A DNA stretch of 64,000 nt, taken from Tubiluchus corallicola (Eukaryota > Animalia > Priapulida). Below are positions 51,101 to 60,606 of this stretch, piece by piece. A model generated the notes under the pieces. The model saw nothing but the letters and a program-made list of their open reading frames with translations, was not told where the DNA came from and did not search any database. How positions within the stretch are numbered: position 1 is the stretch's first letter; each line of letters opens with the position of its first letter. Location: NCBI GenBank assembly GCA_030141605.1, contig JAQGDQ010000146.1, positions 193,933 through 257,932 on the forward strand, written 5' to 3'. The position numbers were made by a program, and so were the translations under genes.

Positions 51101-54100
51101 ATTTAGCGTGTTGTACTAAAACTAGGCAAGTTTTAAAGTAAAAATTCAAATTTCAAATTTACCGCTGTGCTCACGTATGAGCTGTTGAGCGTGAGTAGTT
51201 TGTCATAAACTAACACATCTGATCTCAAAAGTACAGCACCTGTTTTTTGTGTAATGTGCTTGCAAAATGCAGACGCTGGTGTTCGTCTAAGTAGCAAATG
51301 ACGAAGTGCATGTAACAGTGAAGAACTAGTGGCGCGAATGTGAAATTGTGTTTGTGTGGTAATAATTCTCTCACGTAAGTAATTTTTGAAAAAACTGTAT
51401 GTTTTCGTTCAAAATTTTTTAAGAGTAGATTATTTTGAGCTACAGTTTACATTAGGTCTGGTTCTGCTTTAATGTGACTTACTTTGTGCATTACATAAGA
51501 GTTCTGAGCTTTCGTATGTTTACTAGGTGCTACACATTTGCTTTCAGGTCAAAGAACCTACTTCTCATTTTAGTACAATTCACTACTGCGACAAAAAACA
51601 CTCTTTTCGAAACGCCAGCGCAACTTTTGAGAACGCGAAACTGATCATCTTTAAAGGGACAAAACAAGCAGTAAAGGTATGTCGAAAGCAGGGGTGTGCA
51701 AATTATTTGACTAGCCGGGCCCCATTAAACTTTCCCGTAATTCCTGCGGGCCACAGGCAGCTTGATCAAGGAGCCAAGTACAGAAAGACCTAATAACGAT
51801 TTTTTTTTGCATCCGACCTGCGTACATCATTACTACTGCACAACTACACTCAATAAACTATTTTAGAAGTTATTAAGATTTATATTACAAACCATATATT
51901 TCTACTTTCATGACAGATAGTGAAAATTTCATTACAATGTATATTAGTAATGTGTATCACACAGTCTGTGTAGTACAGGGACATTAAGCTACAACCGTCT
52001 TGTAAGTGCTGGGATCGTGGCACGGACTTCAGCTGGATACACTCAATTAATCGCCCGAGCCCCACTTTTATTAGGTTGACAAATCTCTTCGCGGGCTGCG
52101 AGTGGCCCGCGGGCCGCAATTTGCACATCCCTGGTCTAAAGAGTCTTGATTAGCAGACATTGGATTTTACCTGTGCGAACAATCCCACTTCGTTATTTAG
52201 TTTTTCAAGTGTGAATGGTTTTTTTTTATGTTTGCATTAAACTATTGAACCTATTGAAACTATATGAGTTTGTTCAGTGCTTCTTAAACAGCTGCTGTAA
52301 TGTGGCTTTTTGCAAATCATGAATGTGATGCAAAGGTAACAGGTAAGTTGTTCACACATGCATTGGAGAATTTTTAAAAACTGATGATTTACATTTCGAG
52401 AGTCAGCAGCCCCAGGTTTAACTTTTTCTTCCCCTAAATATGTAGCAGCAATAGTTTCAGGGATGTTTCCCAGTTTCTTCTCCCAATGACGCTTGAAAGA
52501 TGTAGATTACCAGTTTTTACACTCTTAAGGGAAAGAGAAAATCACTCTGTATGATGGATTTATTTTACTGTTATCACTTAAACTTAGAAAAATATAACAA
52601 AGAAATTTGCAAAGAACTGCCTATAAAGCGTAAATTTAAAATAAACTACCTCTGAATAGAAATTTTCAGGCTTGGTGGTTGCCGCCATTCACTTGAAAAT
52701 TATGACGTAACTGACGTAACAAAATCAGCTAAATATTTTTTTTGTAAAAACTTAACATACTTTTGATGAAAAGTGACAGGGCGCTACTTTTCTCCAAGAT
52801 GTATGGCGTCATTAAAAGAAGAATGGACATTGAAAATGGGAGCGCCCAAGCATGAAGTGATCGCAACTTTAAAGTGATTTCACTAATTACACGTGGCGCA
52901 TATTGCAGTTTTATTACTAAATCCTTCCAACATTTTTCGTGAACATTGAAATAAAGCTAACTTCCCAGAAGGCTTGGCGTTTCCTTTATAAGCTTTAGTG
53001 TTGAAAGGTGTATAAACCTTACTATTTTAACTGCAGGCTCTGCACAAACTTGATCAAACTGTCCATTTTTAAATTTTGGCGCAACCTGAACCTCTGTTTC
53101 GAAATCTTGCCCTCTGTCTTGTTAAAGATGTCATTATTAGCTAATTAACTAAAACTGTTTATTTATCCTTTGCTTTCCAGAATAAAGACAGGGATAAAGA
53201 TAAGCTTGGTTCCTGGAACATTGAAGATATCAAGTGGTATATAGGCGTGGAACACTTAAGAAATCCAAAAACAAAGTATGCTTTTATATGCTGATTTAGT
53301 TATTTTATCGCTGCTATATAAAGTAAGATCTGTACTATTTTCAAGGCCTGCATGACAACTCTAAATGATGCTAATGTACGAGAGTTTAACATTTTCATTT
53401 TCCCCATCATACGCCCAATATAGCAATTGTGGGCAGGCATAATTCTAAAATAAAAGAAATCTGCTCTCAAGACAGGTAAACACAACAGTAATCCAGCAAA
53501 ATAGCTAGACACTGCTATGCCAGTGGCTTGTCAGCACCACTTCCGTTAATCTTAACGGACAAGAAAACAGAATTCACACTTAGAGCTAAAAAATTTGCTG
53601 AAATTTTGCATCACTTACGTGCTGTCTTACTGCATACAGAGCTTGCATTAGCAGTAATGTTGCACAAAACTTGTACATTTGAACTCCCACATTGACAGTT
53701 AGCTGCAGCCATTTTAACAGTCGGTTGGTGACTGTAAGAAATTGAAGAAGTTCAGATAAAACTGTGTAAAGCTCAAAAAAATAATCTGAGCGTTCATAGC
53801 CGACACTTCACAAACTAACCACACGTATAAATTATTTCACCTTGTCAGTATGATTAATAATATGTTTAATGAGCCAATGGGCTTTTTTTATGCACATTGG
53901 GATATTGAAACAGTGACATTCTGCCCATTAAGCGCAAACACTATTTAATATTTTGAAGCATTTTCTTTTTCAGTTAGATAGGTCTTTCACAAACAGGTAG
54001 CCATAAAGCTAAGTAATGTAACTTTGTTTGGAAATTTTTTAATGGACATTCTTCTTCAAAATTCTGTTTTCTTCCTCTTCAACAGGAAAGAATTCCTGTC

Positions 54101-56883
54101 TCGTTCTGCATTCTTGTTTACTAGTAGATTTCTGTGCACAAAAGATCAGGGAATCACATTTTTATTTAAACGTAACATAATCAATATTCATATATCACAT
54201 TAGCCAACAGTTTTCTTTATTGCAGTACTGCATTTTTCAGGTCTTTTTTCTTGTTTCAGTTTTGGAATCACTTTTATCGAGCTAGATCTTTTGAAACGAG
54301 AGAACTGGGAACCAGACTGGTCAGTAGTTTACAGCATTTTGAAGCATGGTGATAGCTAGTTTACATGTAAAATTAAAAACAGCATCTTGCAGTGATTAGA
54401 AAAGGATTATGCTGCTTCACAGTATGTTGAAGCACGGTGATAGCTAGTTTACATATAAAATTAAAAATGGCATCATGCAGTGATTAGAAAAGGATGATGC
54501 TAAGTAATGTAACCACTTTACTAACTAAAGTAAGTGCTTGAATAAATAAATAAACAAATAGAAAATACCAAACGTAAATTAACGTCAATGATTCCTTCCA
54601 TGATCGTTGTTTTACTAGTAAAGTTAATGTTCAGTAATATTTTCCGCATAAGTATTTTATGTATAACAGATGTGAAGTTAATTTTGTGAGGCTGACAAAC
54701 TCCTTGTAAATCTCCTTGATAAAAATGCACAGTTATGTAAAACATTCGTGTGTGTACGCAATACGCAATTATACATTAACCCTTATAGGGTCACGATTTT
54801 TTACAACCGATTTTGGTAACGGGGGGGATTTTCCTAATTCGTAAATTACTTTTGATAAACTGCCGTGTTTCATTAGTAAACAGCAACAGCACAATTTGTG
54901 GTTATGCTGACCACCATAGGATACATTATACCTCTGCTTAGATATTAGACATGTGACTTACTAGTAATACGAAATTTGAGTAACTGACATGGCCACAAAA
55001 CGACCATGCCGATTTTCTGCACAACTTTAAAGTTTCGACAAGTTTAAAAAATCTACATATTGCATTTTCACTTTTATTTCGTGGTGAGACAATGCGCCTA
55101 AAATAAATAACTGAAAGTATTTTGTGCACAAAACATATTTACAAAAAGTCATAGAAAAGGTTTACTATGATGCGTATGGTAAAAGGGTAAAATGCAAAAA
55201 ACCGGTCTGGGGGTAATTTTTTACCCTCCAGTGACCCTGTAAGGGTTAACAATTTATAATATACTTAAAGCATTGTTCTATAAGTAGTATAGATACAGAG
55301 GTAAACGGTTGCTTTAATAGCATACACCATTGCGTATTTATGTACTGTATGTGTAATAGTACAAGCACCTGTATGTTTGCGTATTTAGGTACACCAGCAA
55401 AAGTTTCAATTTTTCAAATGTATTGCTTTTCAGGAATAAGGAACAATTTGGTAGAGTTATCTGTTTAGATACAGCAGCTGAACGCGATAAGTGGATGGCA
55501 GTAATGCTGCTAGGACAGGTAATTAGAGTTAATTACTTGAATATGTGCCAATTGAGCTTGGTTGTTGACTAGAGTGTCATGAGTGTACTTGCTGTTTAGT
55601 GTAGTACAGTTGGCGCCGCTTAATAGACTCACTTTGGGACAGAAGTGTTTAAAGCCAATTAACCAACTGAATCAATTAGCAGACAGGTGTAGCCTATTAC
55701 TACTACAGGAGTATGAGTCATCGCTCATAACCTTGGTATGTATGCATTACAAAGGCTTTAAATGAATTTTAGAAGCGAATTAATGTGAAATATACCTTTG
55801 TGCAATTATTTAAGAGCATAAGTGTATTAATAAAAAAAGTAAAAATTGCAAAAATCTGATTATTTCAACTAAAAGTTACAAAAATTCATGCAAGCTCGGT
55901 TGTTTCATTTCTTCATGAAGAAATTGATCATGAAATTCTCACAGTGATAAAAAGATTGAAAATCTGTTACTGTTTGCTGTACATATTCAAGCAAAACACC
56001 CAGTGACTTAGCGCTTGAGCTGCAGTTGGTGATGACCTTGTTTCTCCTGTGAAAAGCAGCAGGAACTTCAAAAGTAAACCACTGGGCAAGTGATTAAATG
56101 TTTAGCTTCCAGAAAAAATGAGGTTAACTGCAGTGGACACGCGGGTGACAGATTCAAAGCAAAACCACTAAGCCAACATATTAATGCATGTGATAAACAT
56201 GCTGTACCTGTTTGTAAACAAAGTTGTACTTAACATGACTGTTTCTACCTATATTATAGCGCACAGAATCGATGTAAAGATTACATAAAAGCAGTAAAAG
56301 CTCTTTGGGCACACAAGTATCTTATTTAAGTACGTGAAGGAAAAGTATTGAGTCAATTATGCGGAGTTACTAGAGTCAATTACCGACAGTTTTTATGTAT
56401 ATTTGAACAGGAGTGGTCCGTACCAGACGTTTTTGAGTCTATTAATCGTCGGCACCTACTGTAATTGCTAAGAGTTTTACTTGTATGTAAAAGTATGGCT
56501 GGGCATTTTTAGCTGATGGTTTGTAATTAATTATGAAATAATAATATGTATTAACTGCATAATTATGTTAATTATTATTGTTTTATTATGCTACTGTTTG
56601 GACCTACTATCCCGTGGTCAATAAAACTAACTAATGTTACCGCAGCTCTCATGGGTGATTATCAAGCGTAATAATATTTAGTTTTCCTGTTTCAGAACTA
56701 GCATTTTAGAATTTGTGCATTGCCTATGCATTTTTAATGATATTAGTCTGATGAACCATAATTTATTTAAGAGGTGTCTTAATCTTACTGGGCAGATAAT
56801 TGCTAAAAGTGTGAAATGTTTGATTTTAGTATCGGAATGCTCAATATCTGATGCCACAACCAGCTCTCATCAGCTTCTTTTAG
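16059..56883 (+). CDS. ARAP: ARAP-like Rho GTPase-activating protein (SAM-PH-PH-RhoGAP-RA-PH), 25 coding exons, 1233 aa
   Basis: Exons 16059-16209, 19000-20403, 21723-21799, 22858-22936, 24473-24617, 26857-26968, 27839-27934, 29574-29630, 31711-31759, 32723-32853, 34400-34490, 36421-36498, 38479-38619, 39692-39797, 43585-43672, 44679-44762, 46680-46754, 47908-47982, 48593-48707, 50355-50479, 51548-51676, 53181-53275, 54260-54319, 55434-55518, 56830-56883; phases continuous, 3702 nt in total. Collinear with ARAP1-3 motifs: DIADWL...GHRKRIL, VSHSDYLHKT, IDLRK, LEDQHLTENDVPTVVARCIDF, EGIYR, LPVVNYQTLKALMGHL, VLEDLITHY, ERPLHY. Confidence 0.92.
18272..18925 (+). repeat. Interspersed repeat family R7
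   Basis: Inverted homolog at 45490-46125, partial at 16228-16470 (cttaccagcttgaaagacttatgtaactagaaa). Confidence 0.7.
19000..20403 (+). CDS. ARAP-like exon 2: SAM end plus long disordered Pro-rich linker
   Basis: Matches the 478-aa ORF; GIELLGHRKRIL; PVPMPR, PPIPPRP, YENV motifs. Confidence 0.93.
21017..21546 (+). repeat. Interspersed repeat family R6
   Basis: Direct homolog at 52525-52990; fragments at 29130-29320. Confidence 0.75.
21723..21799 (+). CDS. ARAP-like exon 3 (basic linker)
   Basis: ESEEKHTPKKVSVSRPKSKKGSQRQR; needed to join phase 1 to phase 0; tacag/gtaag. Confidence 0.78.
21982..22280. repeat. (GAAT)n-derived satellite with 72-nt higher-order unit
   Basis: Marker gagcaaatgaacaaag recurs at 22029, 22101, 22173, 22245. 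Confidence 0.95.
22858..22936 (+). CDS. ARAP-like exon 4: start of first PH domain (PH3 equivalent)
   Basis: KQFPIDFARGNVSHSDYLHKTGSNQK. Confidence 0.85.
23000..23327 (-). mobile_element. MITE family R4, copy 1
   Basis: TIRs agccttttcac / gtgaaaaggct; inverted relative to 23714-24136 and 47294-47680. Confidence 0.8.
23714..24136 (+). mobile_element. MITE family R4, copy 2
   Basis: agccttttcacggtttc...gaactgtgaaaaggt. Confidence 0.8.
24172..24406. repeat. 20-nt minisatellite
   Basis: About 11 copies of ataatttggtggaaaataca. Confidence 0.95.
24473..24617 (+). CDS. ARAP-like exon 5 (PH)
   Basis: EFCKRYVTTTTNMLSYYDEGKTGARTLKKSIPFDDVISI. Confidence 0.88.
24772..25343 (+). mobile_element. Internally deleted Tigger/pogo transposon
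   Basis: TA-flanked TIRs cagtgaaacctcga..tacgaa / ttcgtatctcgaggtatcaccg; remnant transposase N-terminus KKKRMMLMETKLE..IAKYESGMRLSSIAREFARNSSTIG (CENP-B/pipsqueak-type HTH) at about 24990-25150. Confidence 0.88.
26121..26781 (+). mobile_element. MITE family R1, copy 1 of 6
   Basis: TIRs tgtgtgcttgca.agcaaaa.c.tcc..aagt; source of the recurrent KLRCRL ORF. Confidence 0.88.
26857..26968 (+). CDS. ARAP-like exon 6 (PH C-terminal helix)
   Basis: RRFCFELNTKNKHGIRTYLFSADSDEKRNIWLKILSR. Confidence 0.92.
27038..27663. mobile_element. piggyBac-type MITE
   Basis: TTAA-ccctttcacta...tagtgaaaggg-TTAA. Confidence 0.88.
27839..27934 (+). CDS. ARAP-like exon 7
   Basis: NVVPLSLESNLCVGIEAFTRAGYMSAQEGISG. 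Confidence 0.86.
28119..28920 (-). mobile_element. Tc1/pogo-type non-autonomous element family R5, copy 1
   Basis: TA-flanked, cagtag..gcc...taatagactcac-type TIRs; inverted homolog of 55607-56461 and 62696-64000. Confidence 0.82.
29574..29630 (+). CDS. ARAP-like exon 8 (second PH)
   Basis: DPRLVWVELRRKELFWGGQ. Confidence 0.83.
29994..30459. mobile_element. Tc1/pogo-type MITE
   Basis: TA-cagtcaacctctgatataag...cttatacccgtggttgactg-TA; internal tcccttata repeats. Confidence 0.85.
30686..31633 (+). mobile_element. MITE family R1, copy 2 with duplicated 5' segments
   Basis: Two left TIRs (30686, 30810) and an internal tandem duplication of about 170 nt. Confidence 0.85.
31711..31759 (+). CDS. 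ARAP-like exon 9 (second PH, 49 nt)
   Basis: DDVKMDAIDLRKISQI; ttcag/gtaagt. Confidence 0.85.
31880..32100 (+). mobile_element. L2-type LINE 3' fragment
   Basis: LRSSDTNTLVQP...DKSFTSAA-SLWNTL.DEVKNSQSVAV...KLK fits the L2 ORF2 C-terminal pattern. Confidence 0.7.
32147..32558 (-). mobile_element. TTAA-flanked element family R3, copy 1
   Basis: Inverted homolog at 43771-44294; ends ...accgga.ga. Confidence 0.75.
32723..32853 (+). CDS. ARAP-like exon 10 (second PH end)
   Basis: PVVVIVSPGRSIHLQGDTKRETMAWFEAIRKSAS. Confidence 0.92.
33995..34265 (+). repeat. Interspersed repeat family R8
   Basis: Direct homolog at 42300-42575. Confidence 0.8.
34400..34490 (+). CDS. ARAP-like exon 11 (RhoGAP start)
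   Basis: TIGRSLEDQHLTENDVPTVVARCIDFVANYG. Confidence 0.94.
34869..35525 (-). mobile_element. Family R2 copy (inverted) with short internal tandem duplication
   Basis: Reverse complement of 50850-51468. Confidence 0.75.
35758..35941. repeat. Degenerate about 21-nt tandem array with TCAAATGT core
   Basis: Eight TCAAATGT cores with variable spacers. Confidence 0.8.
36421..36498 (+). CDS. ARAP-like exon 12 (RhoGAP arginine finger, codon 36444-36446)
   Basis: LTTEGIYRHSAQDSVVKSLLQSFLA. Confidence 0.94.
36564..37226 (-). mobile_element. MITE family R1, copy 3
   Basis: Full TIRs; starts 66 nt after the arginine-finger exon. Confidence 0.88.
37256..37420. repeat. About 21-nt GC-rich minisatellite
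   Basis: Repeats of cccggtgc(a/g)gtactcatggtgt; repetitive ORFs on both strands. Confidence 0.9.
38479..38619 (+). CDS. ARAP-like exon 13 (RhoGAP)
   Basis: DAGNVFLKTGEGYNEHDIANVLKRYFRTCLDEPL. Confidence 0.94.
38773..39128. repeat. Long imperfect inverted repeat (fold-back element)
   Basis: Arms about 38773-38890 and 39011-39128. Confidence 0.85.
39129..39554 (+). mobile_element. 5'-truncated RTE-clade LINE, copy 1
   Basis: SELW...IDAFQRR.LR.ILGIRWPK.ISNKDLY...WT.KIKRR.LRW..HMLRLP; GAT tail; TSD aactgttgaa at 39119-39128 and 39555-39564. Confidence 0.9.
39692..39797 (+). CDS. ARAP-like exon 14 (RhoGAP)
   Basis: KLNTYKSILKDLPVVNYQTLKALMGHLK; an alternative in-frame acceptor lies 18 nt upstream. 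Confidence 0.9.
40040..41200 (-). mobile_element. Decayed CR1/L2-group LINE 3' portion
   Basis: Minus-strand remnants PIE*FSLVY, QSVQCSAA; 3' stem-loop at 40123-40163 and aataaa...gaattgaat tail. Confidence 0.6.
42785..43452 (-). mobile_element. MITE family R1, copy 4
   Basis: Homology to 26121-26781, inverted. Confidence 0.85.
43585..43672 (+). CDS. ARAP-like exon 15 (RhoGAP)
   Basis: VASYSDKNQMSAVNLCMVFSQSMFYNFDE. Confidence 0.92.
43771..44294 (+). mobile_element. Family R3, copy 2
   Basis: ttaaaggaagaccggacga...tcattcggttttcctttag. Confidence 0.75.
44679..44762 (+). CDS. ARAP-like exon 16 (RhoGAP end)
   Basis: GEDRSFSPVGQEIRVLEDLITHYNYLFD. Confidence 0.9.
45080..45205. repeat. Compound trinucleotide microsatellite (TTG/TCG/CTG/TTA)
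   Basis: Directly visible. Confidence 0.9.
46180..46655 (+). mobile_element. MITE family R1, copy 5 (3'-truncated)
   Basis: Homology to 26121-26781; ends about 25 nt before exon 17. Confidence 0.8.
46680..46754 (+). CDS. ARAP-like exon 17
   Basis: VPESDQAKKEKLMNEKRKQLMHLSQ. Confidence 0.85.
46799..47132. repeat. (ATTTT)n pentanucleotide microsatellite
   Basis: More than 60 near-perfect units. Confidence 0.99.
47294..47680 (+). mobile_element. MITE family R4, copy 3
   Basis: aggccttttcacggtttc...gaaccgtgaaaaggct. Confidence 0.8.
47908..47982 (+). CDS. ARAP-like exon 18 (RA start)
   Basis: RKPDVNSNGNLKIPFCINGESHLIE. Confidence 0.8.
48067..48110 (-). ncRNA. Decayed minimal hammerhead-ribozyme motif (Penelope-like element type)
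   Basis: Minus strand cca-CTGATGA-tggcag...ttgtc-GAAA-tgtt-tga. Confidence 0.5.
48593..48707 (+). CDS. ARAP-like exon 19 (RA)
   Basis: VSSSTTAQGVVEKAVAKNYLVGDAAVWAVYEVICNGEL. Confidence 0.9.
48855..49656. mobile_element. Possible hAT-type non-autonomous element
   Basis: Right end ...attactcgggttcccggtacccgatggaaactcta with cggg/cccg subterminal repeats; degenerate left end. Confidence 0.4.
50355..50479 (+). CDS. ARAP-like exon 20 (RA end)
   Basis: ERPLHYSELVRDVALKLQKFPCRDKNSLHIKEN. Confidence 0.91.
50850..51468 (+). mobile_element. Family R2 full copy
   Basis: TTAA-agaagaacaaga...tctggttctgct-TTAA. Confidence 0.8.
51548..51676 (+). CDS. ARAP-like exon 21 (last PH)
   Basis: VKEPTSHFSTIHYCDKKHSFRNASATFENAKLIIFKGTKQAVK. 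Confidence 0.86.
51689..52133. mobile_element. hAT (Charlie-like) MITE
   Basis: TIRs caggggtgtgcaaatt / aatttgcacatccctg; 8-bp TSD gtcgaaag/gtctaaag. Confidence 0.9.
52525..52990 (+). repeat. Family R6, second copy
   Basis: Homology to 21017-21546. Confidence 0.75.
53181..53275 (+). CDS. ARAP-like exon 22 (last PH)
   Basis: KLGSWNIEDIKWYIGVEHLRNPKT. Confidence 0.9.
54260..54319 (+). CDS. ARAP-like exon 23 (last PH)
   Basis: FGITFIELDLLKRENWEPDW. Confidence 0.85.
54780..55245. mobile_element. piggyBac-type MITE
   Basis: TTAA-cccttatagggtcac...gtgaccctgtaaggg-TTAA. Confidence 0.88.
55434..55518 (+). CDS. ARAP-like exon 24 (last PH helix)
   Basis: NKEQFGRVICLDTAAERDKWMAVMLLGQ. Confidence 0.9.
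55607..56461 (+). mobile_element. Family R5, copy 2
   Basis: TA-cagttggcgccgcttaatagactc...gagtctattaatcgtcggcacctactg-TA. Confidence 0.85.
56830..56883 (+). CDS. ARAP-like probable terminal coding exon
   Basis: ttttag acceptor, phase 0; YRNAQYLMPQPALISFF-stop. Confidence 0.6.
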   Translation, partial: YRNAQYLMPQPALISFF

Positions 56884-57033
56884 TTTCAACATCAACTTCA
56901 CTTTGACTCAGCAGTGGACTCAATTTTTTATCATAAGAACCCGGATGAATAGAGCCAACAGTTTCTCGACGTCTGTAAATGATCGGCAGATCGAAGACTA
57001 GATTAACTGGTACCAATATTACAGATATAAGTA

Positions 57034-57987
57034 CAGTAAACTATGCATAGCTCGAACACCTCAGGACCTGACTGGTCTATTGTAGTCTGAGTAGCATGGT
57101 TAATAGAATTCGGCAGTAATTGTATTGCAATCTACATTAAACCACGTAACGAAAAGCCTTGATGTCATCAGGGTCCTGCTGAGGTAATACAAGAAATCTT
57201 AGCATTTTTGTTGAAACTAGCCGTTAAACTCGCAATTTGGTGCACACTTTCATGTAGGATTTCTCGTTTGAGAGATAGGCGAGGTAAATTCAATCAGATT
57301 CCTAAGAATTGTTAAGAATTCTCACATTACTCACAAAAGTTTTTGAGAATAGGAAGATTTCTTTGGAAATAAAATTAGAATATTCTCAGCCTTAGTTGAA
57401 ACTGTATTTCTGTACAACTCTGAGCTCTGGATATTAAAAGCAAATCATAAAGCTGAAATCGATGCGTTTCAAAGGCGAAATTACAGAAACATTTTGGGTA
57501 TCAGATGGCCAAAGAAAATTTCAAACAAAGATCTATATGAAAGAATAAAAGACGAACCTTGGACAAGAAAAATAAAAAGGCGCTGTTTAAGATGGATTGT
57601 TCATATGCTTAGACTACCTGATGATAATCCAGTGAAGAAAGCTTCAACAAGCCATAGAACCAGCTAAAAAACCTGCAGGAGAACAAGTGCTAACATATTT
57701 AAATTTTGCACAGAAATATTTAAACACTTCAGCACTGATCCTTAGAGATAAATGCACTTCGGGCATTGCAGAGAGTAGGGAGTCCTGGCAAAGGGAGGTG
57801 AGCAGAATCATGTCCCTGGACATATGATTCAGTGGATGATGATTAAGAATTGTACTGGGAATTCGGTTCGAGTTACTCGATAATTCGAGTTACTGATTTC
57901 CAGTTACACGATGTTTGTTAAAGAGAAAATCCGTGCCACAAGATCTGTTCGAGACATGCAAGAATTTGAGTTATACATAGTTTACTG
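57034..57987. mobile_element. Tc1/pogo-type MITE carrying an RTE insertion
   Basis: TA-cagtaaactatgcatagctcgaa...tttgagttatacatagtttactg-TA. Confidence 0.82.
57313..57843 (+). mobile_element. 5'-truncated RTE-clade LINE, copy 2
   Basis: KISLEIK-RIFSALVETVFLYNSELW...; (GAT)3 tail; TSD taagaattgt at 57303-57312 and 57844-57853. Confidence 0.9.
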
Positions 57988-59063
57988 TAGTTTGCAGACA
58001 TGCAGTAGTGGAATACAATAGCAGGTAGGAAGTTGAGCTTGACAATCAGTAGCGCATATGATGGAAGTGTTATTGAATTGTCTAGTGCCAGTAGTAGGTG
58101 TGTACATCTTTTTAAGTACACTTGGTACATCTTAGTACAGTTTTATTTATATTCTTTTAGTGTAAGTTTAGTTGCCAGTACTCTTGATTAATGCATTAGT
58201 ACACTTTTAAATTATAATGTCAAGGATTGATTATATTTAGTGCCAAATCTGATACATCAGTGCCTTACATTACTAAGCATGGCTGGTATGATAAAAACGT
58301 TTTGTCGATGAATGTATAGTCTCTATTTTTGTAGAGGGCATTACTCTAACGGTCTAACCCTATGTCAGCCGTCAGAGCAATAACTTCGTGTGTTTACACT
58401 TTGAAGAAAAAATGGCAACAACTATTTTGCTTCCATGAAAATAATAATGTAAAATATTATAAAATGATATTATATTATATTAAGCAATTATAGTCATATT
58501 AGGCAATCTGCAAAATTAATTCTAACATTATGAGTATGCTTGGACGATATATTATCAAATCTTAGTACTATAATACAACTCAACTTAAATTATGCCATTT
58601 TATGATATTAAAAATGTTGTCGATTGTGTATCCGTTAATATTATTATTTGCTCATCAAGTTTGCTTGTCTTTTTTCATCATAAATGAGCACAATATTGTG
58701 CACAATTCCAAGTGTTTTGTAAAGTAATGTGTCGGTGCTTTGTTGCAAAACTGGGTAGTATTATAATGTATATTGTATAATTATGTATGTAAGAATGAGG
58801 CTTTATTTAATTGTGTAGCATTTGCAAAATTAGGCAATGTTCCAGAATTCTTAAAGTGGTGATAATATTCATAACAGCTTATTTAGTCTATAGCATATTT
58901 ACACTTTTATGTAATTTTATCAGTTCTAATAATCACGACCTTTTGTTTGCCCAAAAAATTGCTGCATGGTATGCTCAGTCATATGAGAATAGTCATTCTT
59001 GGAAACAATTGAATTGTTCACTGTTAGGCAAGATTTTAGTCACTAAAACCTCAAGGTCTACCC

Positions 59064-59577
59064 CAGTGGTTCCCAACCTTTTGTTGATGGCGACCCCTTT
59101 CCAGAATGCTGCATCATATCGCAACCCCAAGAAGAACAATCACATGTCATACTATTAAATGTTATTATCGTGCCAATTCATTCATTTTAACTTACTATTC
59201 GACAAAGAACGAGTGATTGTTTTATTAATTCATTAACGTGAAGGTTGCGCCTGTTTCTCAGCGACCAGTAACGCAACAGCAATAGGTATCCAAGGAAAAA
59301 TGAACAGTGACACTCGTTCGGGCGGAGTACACTGTACGCAAGTGTACAGCATGGAACAACGTGCACTTTCATTTTCCCAGAAAATCAAATACTTTACAGA
59401 ATTTACCACGGGAAAACCCAGTTTCACTTTCCAGAACAGATGTAATGAGAGACTGAGGCAAAAGACCTACTTACATACTTTTCATGAAAACACCATTTTT
59501 TAAAAATAGTTTTTGGACTAGCCCGCGACCCCACGAAAACTGTTTGGTGACTGCAACCCCGAAGTTGAGAACCCATG
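59064..59577. mobile_element. hAT (Charlie-like) MITE
   Basis: cagtggttcccaacct...agttgagaacccatg; perfect 8-bp TSD gtctaccc. Confidence 0.88.
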
Positions 59578-60294
59578 GTCTACCCACAAAGATATAGTTT
59601 TGCAAAGTTTATCTTGTGATGAAAAATTTGTGTAATGATATTGTAATTTTTGTGCTAGACATCTTTACTCTTTTGAGTTTCATTGAACAAATGATATTGG
59701 GAAATAGGTATACACTCACGTACTTGTTTCTAATTCAAATTAGCCTTTTATAATTATAGACTGTAGTAATTGTAGGCAACAATGTGGCAAGTTCTAAATG
59801 TAAAATCAGGAGCATTTTTTACGAACTGTTTGTTTTCTTTGTACGACTGACACGTGGAAATTAAACAAACCATCTTTGTGCTTGTTAAAACGTCGTGATG
59901 CACAGGAAAACTCCTTTGTTTTTGAACACTTGTGTTACCTAGGATTGTAAATATAATTTAACTATGTAAATCAGTTTCATAAATTATAGCAACTTATATT
60001 GCTTTATCGTTTAAAAAAAATCTCTAATTTTAGATCCCGGTAATATTATGCATGTAAAATTTGTAGCGAAAAACTGGCAATCCCAGATACAAAAATGCAT
60101 CATCGTTATAACATGTTATAAATATAAATAATTAAGGGGTACTGTAGCAGTATTTTTGTATCTATTGTGTATTTTATTATTGTTCATAAAAAATTCATCC
60201 AAATTCTGTGATTGTCACAGTTGCCCAATTGCATTAATGCTACTGATTATTACATATTTTGCTATTCTCTTTCATTAAAAAACAAAGCATGTTC

Positions 60295-60606
60295 CTAGAG
60301 GATCTTGAAGATTTTAGCCCCCGTATTGCTGTTTGCCAGGAGGCAATTTTTAACACATTTAACAATAAAAACTCCATGCAGTGTCAAGCAGATGTTTAAC
60401 ATTTAGAACGGTATATTATTCGAATTATACTAATTTAAGAATTGTTCCTTTAATCACAAAGTATAACTGCAAAATATACCGTTCTAAATGTTAAACATCT
60501 GCTTGACACTGTATGGAGTTCTTATTGTTAAATGTGTTAAAAATTGCCTCCTGGCAAACAGCAATACGGGTACTCTTCATATGCTAAAATCTTCGAGATC
60601 CTCTAG
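60295..60606. repeat. Near-perfect long fold-back
   Basis: About 125-nt arms, about 55-nt spacer. Confidence 0.95.

Noticed and set aside
58335-58383. Alternative ARAP-like last exon (GHYSNGLTLCQPSEQ)
   Set aside because: That reading needs phase 2 but the preceding exon ends in phase 0; in phase 0 it stops after four codons
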